Below are positions 17,304 through 26,111 of a DNA stretch of 51,152 nt, one piece after another; the stretch's first letter is position 1, and each line of letters starts with the position of its first letter. The stretch is from Treponema sp. (GTDB lineage: Bacteria > Spirochaetota > Spirochaetia > Treponematales > Breznakiellaceae): NCBI GenBank assembly GCA_009777995.1, contig WRKT01000016.1, positions 1 through 51,152 of the forward strand, given 5' to 3'. The position numbers were made by a program, and so were the translations under genes. The notes below the pieces were generated by a model, which was given only the letters and a program-made list of their open reading frames with translations, was not told where the DNA came from and made no database searches.

Positions 17304-18518
17304 ATGCCAAAGAGAAATGCTGCGATTGCAAACATAAAGGCAAGCTACTTATTCCCTGAAATTGCAAAACGGAGGAGGGAGTTTGAAGAAGCGAATCCCG
17401 GGCCTCCAATAATTAGCCTTGGAATAGGAAATACTACAGAGCCGATAATGCCTCATATTAATTCGGGGCTTATTGAAGGAGCCCGCAAACTTGGAACAGC
17501 AGAAGGTTATACAGGTTATGGTGATGAGCAGGGGATTCCGGTTTTAAGGGAAAGAATCGCAAGAATTTTTTACCCGGGTATCATAGCCCCCGATGAAGTC
17601 TTTGTTTCTGACGGTGCAAAGTGTGACATAGGCAGGCTCCAATTGCTCTTTGGCGCAGGCATTCCGGTTACGGTGCAGGACCCTTCCTATCCGGTTTATG
17701 TTGACGGATCGGTTTTTATCGGGGCGGCAGGCGCTTTTGAGGGCTCAGGTTATAAGGGCATCACATACCTTCCGTGTACTAAGGAAAACGGCTTTTTCCC
17801 CGATCTGTCAATGCTCCCCGAGGGCGGCTTAATTTATTATTGCTCGCCAAACAATCCGACAGGGGCAGTATCAAACAGAGAGCAGTTAACCCTCCTTATA
17901 AAGGCTGCGCATAAGACAAAATCAATAATAATTTTTGATGCTGCGTATTCACATTTTATTCGCGACAATGACTTACCAAAGAGTATTTTTGAGATACCCG
18001 GAGCAGGTACATGCGCCATCGAAATTAACTCTTTCAGTAAGACGACAGGTTTTACGGGGGTGCGGCTTGGTTGGTCCATAGTTCCGAAGGCTCTTAAGTA
18101 TAGTTCGGGAGAAAGTGTGAACGATGACTGGAATAGAATTTGTACGACGATTTTTAACGGAGCTTCAAACATAGCCCAGGCAGGGGGTCTTGCGGCTCTT
18201 GAAGATGATGGCCTTAAGGAGATGGAAAGGCTTTGTGATTTTTACCTTGAAAATACACGGCAAATAAAGACCACTTTGGAGAAGGGCGGAATTTCCTGTA
18301 CAGGAGGCGAAGCATCACCCTATGTATGGGCTCATTTCCCGGGGAGGGAAAGTTGGGAAGTTTTTTCAGAAATTTTAACAAAGTGCAGGTTAATAACGAC
18401 CCCGGGCAGCGGTTTCGGCCCTGCAGGCAATTCCTTCATACGCTTTTCCGGCTTCGGGCACAAGGAAAATGTTGAAGAGGCCTGCCTCCGGCTGGAACGC
18501 TATCTATTGAAAATTTAA
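17304..18518 (+). CDS. dapL: LL-diaminopimelate aminotransferase
   Basis: AGYLFPEIAKRR...ISLGIGNTTEPIMP...GYTGYGDEQG...VFVSDGAKCDIGRLQ...VQDPSYPVYVDGSV matches the DapL signature closely. Start taken at ATG 17304; the track TTG at 17292 overlaps the upstream stop. Confidence 0.9.
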   Translation: MPKRNAAIANIKASYLFPEIAKRRREFEEANPGPPIISLGIGNTTEPIMPHINSGLIEGARKLGTAEGYTGYGDEQGIPVLRERIARIFYPGIIAPDEVFVSDGAKCDIGRLQLLFGAGIPVTVQDPSYPVYVDGSVFIGAAGAFEGSGYKGITYLPCTKENGFFPDLSMLPEGGLIYYCSPNNPTGAVSNREQLTLLIKAAHKTKSIIIFDAAYSHFIRDNDLPKSIFEIPGAGTCAIEINSFSKTTGFTGVRLGWSIVPKALKYSSGESVNDDWNRICTTIFNGASNIAQAGGLAALEDDGLKEMERLCDFYLENTRQIKTTLEKGGISCTGGEASPYVWAHFPGRESWEVFSEILTKCRLITTPGSGFGPAGNSFIRFSGFGHKENVEEACLRLERYLLKI

Positions 18519-18580
18519 GCAAAAAGTGCTAGACTGCATTACTGCAATAGCGCATAAATCACGTATGGAGGTACGTTAGT

Positions 18581-19486
18581 ATGGTAAGAATACTGGCTAC
18601 AGACGGCATTGAAGCAAGTGCCGCAAAGGCTCTATCCGATTTAGGATTTGAGGTAGTACAGCAATTTTATGATGAAAATGAATTACCCGGAAAGGCCGCA
18701 GAATTTGATGTGGTGGTAGTTCGCAGTGCAACCAAGATTCGCAAACCCGTAATTGATGAGGCGAGCAAGAGCGGGAAGCTGAAGCTCGTAATAAGGGGAG
18801 GTGTAGGCATCGATAATATTGATGCCGTTTACGCAAAGGAAAAGGGCATCGAAGTCCGGAATACCCCAAATGCATCCAGCGTCTCTGTTGCAGAGCTCGT
18901 TATCGGTCATATGTTCAGCCTTACGCGTTTTATCTACGATGCAAATGTCACAATGCGAGCAGGAAAATGGGAAAAGAAACGCTATGAGGGCATTGAGCTT
19001 GCAGGAAAGACCCTTGGGTTAATCGGGATGGGCAGGATTGCCCGCTGTGCAGCGAAAATGGCAAGCGGCTTGGGCATGAAGGTGATCTATACAAATACAT
19101 CCGGTCATAAACCTGAGAATGAGCCGTTTAAGTATGTCTCACTTGATGAGCTATTGCAAAGCTCTGACTTTGTTTCTCTGCATGTACCAAAGGCAGATAA
19201 GCCAATCCTTGATAGTGCAAATATCGCAAAAATGAAGACAGGCGCCTATATAATTAATACAGCAAGGGCTCAGCTCGTAGACACTGCAGAACTGCTTAAA
19301 GCCCTTGACAGCGGTAAGATTGCAGGTGCAGGTCTTGATGTCTTTGACGAGGAACCGATTAAGGACGAGAAGGTTTATACCCATCCAAAGATTTCCATGA
19401 CCCCCCATGTGGGAGGCTCAACGGCAGAAGCTCAGAATCGAATTGGCGAGGAAATCGTTGCAATTATTAAGGAGAGATTTAAATGA
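18581..19486 (+). CDS. serA: D-3-phosphoglycerate dehydrogenase (short form)
   Basis: 301 aa 2-hydroxyacid dehydrogenase. NAD-binding GLIGMGRIA, catalytic region ...ARAQLVDTAELLKALDSGKIAGAGLDVFDEEP. Immediately upstream of serC with an ATGA overlap. Confidence 0.8.
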   Translation: MVRILATDGIEASAAKALSDLGFEVVQQFYDENELPGKAAEFDVVVVRSATKIRKPVIDEASKSGKLKLVIRGGVGIDNIDAVYAKEKGIEVRNTPNASSVSVAELVIGHMFSLTRFIYDANVTMRAGKWEKKRYEGIELAGKTLGLIGMGRIARCAAKMASGLGMKVIYTNTSGHKPENEPFKYVSLDELLQSSDFVSLHVPKADKPILDSANIAKMKTGAYIINTARAQLVDTAELLKALDSGKIAGAGLDVFDEEPIKDEKVYTHPKISMTPHVGGSTAEAQNRIGEEIVAIIKERFK

Positions 19487-20580
19487 AAACTTTATACAAT
19501 TTTTCGGCAGGCCCCTCGGTACTACCCAAGGAAGTGCTTCTTGATGCACAGAAGAATCTTGTAGACTTTGAAGGCTGCGGTATGTCAGTCATGGAGATGA
19601 GCCATCGTTCAAAAGAGTATGATATCATTATAAAAAAAACCGAAGAGCTTTTCCATGAAGTGATGGGTATCCCCGATAACTATAAGGTGCTTTTCTTACA
19701 GGGAGGGGCAACCCAGCAATTCGGCATGATTCCGATGAATCTTCTTGCAAAGAACGGAAAGGCCGATTATGTTATTACAGGAATTTTTTCAAATACTGCA
19801 TATAAAGAGGCGCAGCTTGTCGGAGGACCTACAGGTAAAACGATCTCGGCTGCAGGCAGTACCAAGGAAGAAAACTATAAGAGAATCCCTGAGCAAAACG
19901 AACTTAAACTTGACCCCGCTGCCGACTATTTGCATATTTGCGAGAATAATACGATTATAGGATCGAAGTGGAAGTACCTGCCTGATGCAGGGAAGGTACC
20001 CATAGTGTCCGACATGTCTTCCTGCATACTTTCAGAGCCGGTTGATGTTTCAAAATACGGGCTGATTTATGCAGGTGCACAGAAAAACATTGCACCTGCA
20101 GGGGTTACTATCGTAATAATCAAAAAAGATCTGATCTACGATCCCCTGCCGGGAACTCCCACAATGCTCAACTATAAGGTGCAAGCAGAAAACGATTCGA
20201 TGAAAAACACTCCTCCCTGCTGGCCGATCTATATTGCAAAGCTCGTTCTTGAGTATTTACAGAAGAATGGCGGTCTTGCTGCCATGAAAGCACATAACGA
20301 AGCGAAAGCAAAGGTACTCTACGATTTCCTTGATTCAACAGACTTTTATAAGAGTCATGTAGTGGCAAAAGATCGCTCAATTATGAACGTAACTTTCAGA
20401 ACAGAGAGCGATGAGCTTGACGATAAGTTTATAAAGGGAAGCGTTGCTGCAGGAATGTCCAACCTTAAGGGTCATAGGGATGTCGGAGGAATGCGCGCAT
20501 CCATTTACAATGCAATGCCCAAAGATGGTGTTGAGTATCTTGTCGATTTTATGAAGAAGTTTGAAAAAGAAAACAAGTAG
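19483..20580 (+). CDS. serC: Phosphoserine aminotransferase
   Basis: 365 aa. N-terminal YNFSAGPSVLPKEVL and the class-V aminotransferase pattern. Confidence 0.85.
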   Translation: MKTLYNFSAGPSVLPKEVLLDAQKNLVDFEGCGMSVMEMSHRSKEYDIIIKKTEELFHEVMGIPDNYKVLFLQGGATQQFGMIPMNLLAKNGKADYVITGIFSNTAYKEAQLVGGPTGKTISAAGSTKEENYKRIPEQNELKLDPAADYLHICENNTIIGSKWKYLPDAGKVPIVSDMSSCILSEPVDVSKYGLIYAGAQKNIAPAGVTIVIIKKDLIYDPLPGTPTMLNYKVQAENDSMKNTPPCWPIYIAKLVLEYLQKNGGLAAMKAHNEAKAKVLYDFLDSTDFYKSHVVAKDRSIMNVTFRTESDELDDKFIKGSVAAGMSNLKGHRDVGGMRASIYNAMPKDGVEYLVDFMKKFEKENK

Positions 20581-20595
20581 TTAAATGGAGTTAAA

Positions 20596-21834
20596 ATGAA
20601 AAAGGTAAAAGCTTTTCGTGCCCTGCGCCCTGCCCAAGGGTATGCAGATAAAATTGCTGCCCTCCCCTACGATGTAATGGACAGTAATGAAGCTCGTATA
20701 ATGGTAAAGGATAAACCCTTTTCTTTTTTACATGTTGATAAGGCAGAGATAGACCTTGATCCGGCTGTTGATATTTATGATGACAAGGTCTATGAAAAAG
20801 CTAAATCAAACTTCCTCGCCCTTAGGTCTTCGGATAAAATGCTTAAGGAAGAAAAGGACTGTTATTACATCTATAGACAGACCATGGACGGCAGGTCACA
20901 GACAGGTATTGTTGCCTGCCCCCATGTTGACGATTACCTTGAAGACAAGATCAAAAAGCATGAGCTGACCCGTGCAGACAAGGAAGCAGACCGCATACGT
21001 CACGTTGACACCCTTGATGCAAATACCGGCCCCATCTTCCTTACACACAGGCCCGATCCGCAGCTTGCAGAAATTGTTTCGAGTTGGGTTTCAAAGAGCA
21101 GTACGATATTCTCCTTCGTTGCTGACAATGTCAAACATGAGGGCTGGGTAGTCGACTGCGCCGAGTCTATTGAGAAGATTGCCGAATGCTTTAAGAGGAT
21201 CCCTGCGCTTTATATCGCAGACGGGCATCACCGTTGTGCCTCTGCCGTTCGTGTCGCACAGAAACGCAGGGAGGCAAAGCCTGATTATACAGGTGAAGAA
21301 GAGTTTAACTACTTCCTTTCGGTTATTTTTCCCTCAGATCAGCTCTTTATTTACGATTATAATAGACTAGTAAAAGACCTTAACGGATTAAGCGAGGCTG
21401 ATTTCTTTGAGAAGCTAAAAAAATCTTTCGATCTTGAGAAAGCCTCAAGTGCAGTTAAGCCGCCGAAAAAACATTCCTTCGGCCTCTTTACTAACGGCAA
21501 CTGGTATACGATGCATACCAAGAAGGAATGCATCGACGAAAGTGATCCGGTTCAAAGGCTTGATGTTTCCATTTTGCAAAACCTGGTTTTATCTCCGATA
21601 CTCGGCATCGATGATCCAAGGACAAATAAGCGCATTGACTTTGTTGGGGGCATAAGAGGTTTAACGGAACTTGAAAGACGGGTAAAAGCAGACATGGCTA
21701 TTGCTTTTTCAATGCATCCGACAACGCTGGACGATTTAATGGACATATCGGATGCAGGAAAGATAATGCCTCCAAAGAGCACCTGGTTTGAGCCAAAACT
21801 TCTCTCGGGGTTGTTTATTCATGATTTGACTTAA
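20596..21834 (+). CDS. DUF1015 family protein (conserved serA/serC neighbour)
   Basis: 412 aa. No assignable catalytic motif. From memory it is assigned to the DUF1015 family, which commonly sits next to serA/serC in other phyla. Confidence 0.5.
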   Translation: MKKVKAFRALRPAQGYADKIAALPYDVMDSNEARIMVKDKPFSFLHVDKAEIDLDPAVDIYDDKVYEKAKSNFLALRSSDKMLKEEKDCYYIYRQTMDGRSQTGIVACPHVDDYLEDKIKKHELTRADKEADRIRHVDTLDANTGPIFLTHRPDPQLAEIVSSWVSKSSTIFSFVADNVKHEGWVVDCAESIEKIAECFKRIPALYIADGHHRCASAVRVAQKRREAKPDYTGEEEFNYFLSVIFPSDQLFIYDYNRLVKDLNGLSEADFFEKLKKSFDLEKASSAVKPPKKHSFGLFTNGNWYTMHTKKECIDESDPVQRLDVSILQNLVLSPILGIDDPRTNKRIDFVGGIRGLTELERRVKADMAIAFSMHPTTLDDLMDISDAGKIMPPKSTWFEPKLLSGLFIHDLT

Positions 21835-21841
21835 GCCTTTC

Positions 21842-23209
21842 TTGAACCGATACTTCGGCTCCCGCTCCTTTTATAAGGAAGCCATAGCAATCGCTCTGCC
21901 TGTGATGATGCAGCAGCTTATCATGAGCATGGTCTCCCTGATCGACAACTTCATGGTTGCAGGTCTTGGAGACCTGAGCATGGCTTCCGTTAATGTTGTA
22001 AATCAATTTACTTTTATATTCATTGTCATAATCAATACCATCTGCCAGGCAGGCGGGATTTACATTGCTCAATTTAATGGCGCGAATGACAGCACAGGGA
22101 TGAAGCATGCCTATCGCTTCAAGGTTCTTCTAAGCATATTAATGGCCGTATTAGCCTTTAGCATCTTCAGAGCTTTTACAGAGCCATTGATTGCCTTGCT
22201 GACCATGGGAAATATTGATCAGGAAGGTATAATAATAATTGGCTCACATTACTTCAATTTAATTTCATGGACCTTCCTGCCTGTGGCCATTTCCTATTCT
22301 ATAGGAAGCAGCTTCCGCGAAATTGCAAAACCCGGAGTACCGCTCATAATTTCAGGTATTGCAACCTTAATAAATACATTCGGAAACTGGGTATTAATCT
22401 ACGGAAACCTTGGAGCACCTCGCCTTGAAGTTACAGGCGCAGCTTATGCAACGATTATTGCCAGATTCATTGAAGCTGTCCTGTTTATATTTTTTGCTAT
22501 TATACTAAAGGCTCCTTTTTATGTCAATTTTAGAAATTTGCTTTTTGCTAACATGAGATTATTTAAAGAAATCCTAAACAAGTCTGCAATGATCTTCGCT
22601 TCAGAAATGTCATGGGCAAGTTCTGAGACAGTCATGATTGCAATGTATAATCGCCGAGGAGGTGCAGAAGTCATCGCGGGAATGGCTGCAGGTTGGACAA
22701 TCTGTCACATAGTCTTTTTCATTTTCGGTGGCATCTGGGTTACGACAACAGTGCTGGTGGGCGGTACTTTGGGAGCAGGCAAGCTTGATGAAGCGAGGAG
22801 ACGGGCACAATGGCTTAGGTCGGGCTCGGTGGTTGCATGTATCATTCTTGCCTTATTTGGAGCTGTAGTCGCCTATTTCCTAATCCCGATTGTCTTTGTG
22901 AACTTAAGCCCGGTTGCAAGAGCCACCTGCCTTGGCCTAGTGCTCGTGATCCTTGCATACCTTCCTTTTTGGGGTTATCTCAATTCGCAGTTTGCAATTT
23001 CAAGAGCAGGAGGTGACACTGCAATGGGAATGTATGCAGACCTTACGGTTAATACAATCCTATTTACACCGGGGGCAATCATTCTTTCCTATTTTACAAA
23101 CTTCGGGCCTGTGCTGATGTTTACAATTTTAAAATTAACCGATTTTATTAAGATAATTATCTGCCGGCATTTTATTCGTAAGGAGAGGTGGGTAAAAAAC
23201 CTAACCTAA
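21842..23209 (+). CDS. MATE family efflux transporter
   Basis: 455 aa, 12 TM. N-terminal FYKEAIAIALPVMMQQLIMSMVSLIDNFMVAGLG is typical of MATE. The TTG start is uncertain. Confidence 0.75.
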   Translation: MNRYFGSRSFYKEAIAIALPVMMQQLIMSMVSLIDNFMVAGLGDLSMASVNVVNQFTFIFIVIINTICQAGGIYIAQFNGANDSTGMKHAYRFKVLLSILMAVLAFSIFRAFTEPLIALLTMGNIDQEGIIIIGSHYFNLISWTFLPVAISYSIGSSFREIAKPGVPLIISGIATLINTFGNWVLIYGNLGAPRLEVTGAAYATIIARFIEAVLFIFFAIILKAPFYVNFRNLLFANMRLFKEILNKSAMIFASEMSWASSETVMIAMYNRRGGAEVIAGMAAGWTICHIVFFIFGGIWVTTTVLVGGTLGAGKLDEARRRAQWLRSGSVVACIILALFGAVVAYFLIPIVFVNLSPVARATCLGLVLVILAYLPFWGYLNSQFAISRAGGDTAMGMYADLTVNTILFTPGAIILSYFTNFGPVLMFTILKLTDFIKIIICRHFIRKERWVKNLT

Positions 23210-23490
23210 TATCCGACAGAAAAACTGTCATAGCCCTTGGGTTCGATAATCTCAACTTCAACAGAATCTACCCGTGAAAATTGCGGCCCCTTGTTAAGCC
23301 ATTTGAGGAAAAGCTCGCAGCTCCCCGGCGAGCCCTCAGCCCAAACTTCGACATCACCGTTTGCGGCATTACTCACCCGGCCCTTAACTTTGAGCCTTTC
23401 AGCCTCCCTTGCTGCGGAGTATCGAAAGCCAACGCCCTGGACTCTGCCTATCACCCTTGCATAAAAGGCCGTGTATGACATTTTACCCAT
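23206..23490 (-). CDS. acyP: Acylphosphatase
   Basis: 94 aa. VIGRVQGVGFRYSA matches the acylphosphatase signature VxGxVQGVxFR. Confidence 0.85.
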   Translation of the reverse strand: MGKMSYTAFYARVIGRVQGVGFRYSAAREAERLKVKGRVSNAANGDVEVWAEGSPGSCELFLKWLNKGPQFSRVDSVEVEIIEPKGYDSFSVGY

Positions 23491-24468
23491 TTAAGCTTTC
23501 CTTGAAGAAATCATGGCAATATAAACGCCTGCAAGCACAAGGACCGCTCCAACCCACTGTAGTGGTTGCAAACGCTCTCCAAGCACAATAAAACCGCCGA
23601 TTACACTTACAACAGGAATCAGATTGATAAAAAAGGCAGAAGTCCCGATTCCTATATCCCTGAGTGCAATGGCGTAAAACCAATAACCAAGGGCTGAGCA
23701 AAAAATCCCAAGAAAGGCAATATGGGCCCATACATGGAAACCGGGGATCTGCCAGGGCAACTCAAGGAGAGTAAAGGGTAAAAATCCTATAAATCCAATA
23801 AGAGACTGCCAAAAAACTATGTAAATCATGGAGCGGCGCGCAAAAAGAGGCCGTGTAAGAAAGCAATAACTCACCCAGCTTAGGCAGGCACCTATCATAT
23901 AAAGATAACCCCTGGCAGTCCCTGATATGCTAAAGGAAATCCCTGCCACCATTGCTACCCCTGAAAGGGAAATTATAGCGCCTGCACCGGGTAAAATGGT
24001 TCTGTAAAAAGATGTTTTCTTTATATTATTTTCACTTTCCTTGTCCCGTATAAAGAATTTCCTTTCTACGGCTTCTGCAATCAGAATCATTGCAGGAACG
24101 CAGGCAGAAATTATTGAAGCCTCTGAAGCCGGGATCATGTGCACTGCGTTATTCTCGAAAAAGAAGAAAATAGTTACACCTGTAAGACCTGCTCCTGCAA
24201 GGAAAAAAATATCTTCCTTTCTAATCTTTTCATCCCTTGCATATTTTCTTTTTATTATGAACAGAAATAAAATGGCAATGCCAAAACGGAGAGCGCCAAG
24301 GGTCATTGGCGGGATAAATTCAACTGCAAGTTTTATCGAAATAAAGGAAAATCCCCAGAAAAAAACGCATGCAATAATGGCAAGCAAGGCCTTGTGTCGA
24401 ACAGTCATACCATAGAATAGCAGATTTACTTTTTTTTGAAAATCCGCATATAATAGTTCCATGAACAA
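23491..24468 (-). CDS. DMT-superfamily (EamA-like) transporter
   Basis: 325 aa, about 10 TM, two EamA-like halves. The track start is TTG and overlaps the divergent DUF362 gene. An internal Met at residue 3 or 21 (24462 or 24408) is the more likely start. Confidence 0.7.
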   Translation of the reverse strand: MFMELLYADFQKKVNLLFYGMTVRHKALLAIIACVFFWGFSFISIKLAVEFIPPMTLGALRFGIAILFLFIIKRKYARDEKIRKEDIFFLAGAGLTGVTIFFFFENNAVHMIPASEASIISACVPAMILIAEAVERKFFIRDKESENNIKKTSFYRTILPGAGAIISLSGVAMVAGISFSISGTARGYLYMIGACLSWVSYCFLTRPLFARRSMIYIVFWQSLIGFIGFLPFTLLELPWQIPGFHVWAHIAFLGIFCSALGYWFYAIALRDIGIGTSAFFINLIPVVSVIGGFIVLGERLQPLQWVGAVLVLAGVYIAMISSRKA

Positions 24469-25597
24469 GAAAGTAGGTATTGAACGATGCGCGTCTTATG
24501 ATATTGAATCGGTTTATAAGGCTTTGAAAAAGGCAGTTGAGCTTGCAAGCGATTTGAATGTTGCAGGAAAGAGTGTATTACTAAAGCCGAATATTCTCTC
24601 GGATTCTGCACCTGAAAAGGCTATTACAACCCACCCGGTATTTCTTGAGGCTGCCATTCGCCTAATAAAAGAGATGGGTGCATCAAAGATTCTGGTGGGG
24701 GACAGCCCCGGCATTCAGGGTCCGGGATTTATTGCGAAGGCATCGGGTATTTCTGATGTAATAAAGAAGTATGATATCCCCTGGGTGGATTTTACCAAGG
24801 AAAAGACAGAGGTATCGAGTCCCGATTTAAAATCGGTAAAAAAGTTCACCGTTGGAAAACATGGGGCTGATATTATTATCAGCCTTCCGAAGCTTAAAAC
24901 CCATCAGCTTATGTACTATACAGGGGCAATAAAAAACATCTTCGGCCTAATTCCGTCTATAGCAAAAAGCACCTACCATGCACGATATTCAAGCCGCGAG
25001 GCCTTTGCTTCAATGCTTGTAGACCTCTGCATCGCTGTAAAGCCTGACTACGCCTTCCTTGATGCAATAATTGGGATGGAAGGAGCAGGCCCCGCAGGAG
25101 GAAGTCCAAAACAGGTTGGCCTTATAATGGCATCTTCAAACCTTCTTGCAATTGACGTAGCAGCCACTACCGTTATGGGCTATCCTCCTCACGGTGTACC
25201 TGTGAATAAAGAGGCTCTTAGCCGCGGGATCTGGCTAAAAGACTTTAATGAGATCGAATATCCCGGCTTAAATCCAAAAGATCTGCAAATACCAAACTAT
25301 GTTAAAGTGCGTATTAAGAGGGCAAGGTCGCAGTTCCTTGATTTCATACTACCTAAGTCCTTAAGGAAATATAGGGATTCACGAATAGCAGGACCTGAGA
25401 TAAATCACGGTACCTGTGTGCGCTGTGCCGATTGTTTAAAGATCTGCAGTTCAAAGGCAATGAAGATCGAAGGCGAAGGGAAGGAAAGAAGGGTAATTAT
25501 TGATTATGAGCTATGCATCCGCTGTTTCTGCTGTCACGAAATATGCCCTGTTAAGGCCATTGACATAGCAAAAAACCCAAGGAATAGGGTTGATTAA
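24461..25597 (+). CDS. DUF362 domain protein with C-terminal 2x[4Fe-4S] ferredoxin domain
   Basis: 378 aa. The N-terminal roughly 300 aa have DUF362-like architecture. The C-terminus has CVRCADCLKIC and CIRCFCCHEICP clusters. Confidence 0.6.
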   Translation: MNKKVGIERCASYDIESVYKALKKAVELASDLNVAGKSVLLKPNILSDSAPEKAITTHPVFLEAAIRLIKEMGASKILVGDSPGIQGPGFIAKASGISDVIKKYDIPWVDFTKEKTEVSSPDLKSVKKFTVGKHGADIIISLPKLKTHQLMYYTGAIKNIFGLIPSIAKSTYHARYSSREAFASMLVDLCIAVKPDYAFLDAIIGMEGAGPAGGSPKQVGLIMASSNLLAIDVAATTVMGYPPHGVPVNKEALSRGIWLKDFNEIEYPGLNPKDLQIPNYVKVRIKRARSQFLDFILPKSLRKYRDSRIAGPEINHGTCVRCADCLKICSSKAMKIEGEGKERRVIIDYELCIRCFCCHEICPVKAIDIAKNPRNRVD

Positions 25598-26094
25598 TAT
25601 GAAAAACCTTCAGTTCTCCGCAGGGTTTGAATTCTTCCGCTGAAACTGAAGGTTAATAAATGTACCACTATATTTCCCGGTTGTTCACGAGCAGTCCAAT
25701 AATTATAGTGTATGCCTTCCTGTAATCTGCCCTTGTCATTTATATAAATATATCCTTCATTTGAGGAACCGAAAGACCTCTCAGAATAACCTTCAAGTGC
25801 AAGCCCCCTTGTAATATTCTTGAAAGGCCGCTCCTCATCATTTCCGCCTCTTGAAGGTGTTTGGCTTTCACCATAACCGGTAATAGTTATACTGTCCCGT
25901 CTAATAATAAGGCTCCCTGAATAAATACTTTCAGGATCATTTGTAACCCAAGTCCCCTGTAAATTACTCTCAAATAGATTTTCAAGAGTCCACCCTTCCC
26001 AATCACAAGAACTAAAAATCAATGAGAAGAGAAGTGCAAATAAAATAAATTTTATCTTCAAAGTAACTCGAATAAAATCGAACGATTTTTTCAT
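25594..26094 (-). CDS. Hypothetical lipoprotein
   Basis: 166 aa. Signal peptide with lipobox (LIFSSC). No recognisable domain. Confidence 0.5.
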   Translation of the reverse strand: MKKSFDFIRVTLKIKFILFALLFSLIFSSCDWEGWTLENLFESNLQGTWVTNDPESIYSGSLIIRRDSITITGYGESQTPSRGGNDEERPFKNITRGLALEGYSERSFGSSNEGYIYINDKGRLQEGIHYNYWTAREQPGNIVVHLLTFSFSGRIQTLRRTEGFSY

Positions 26095-26111
26095 AATTAA
26101 TTCTCCTTTTT

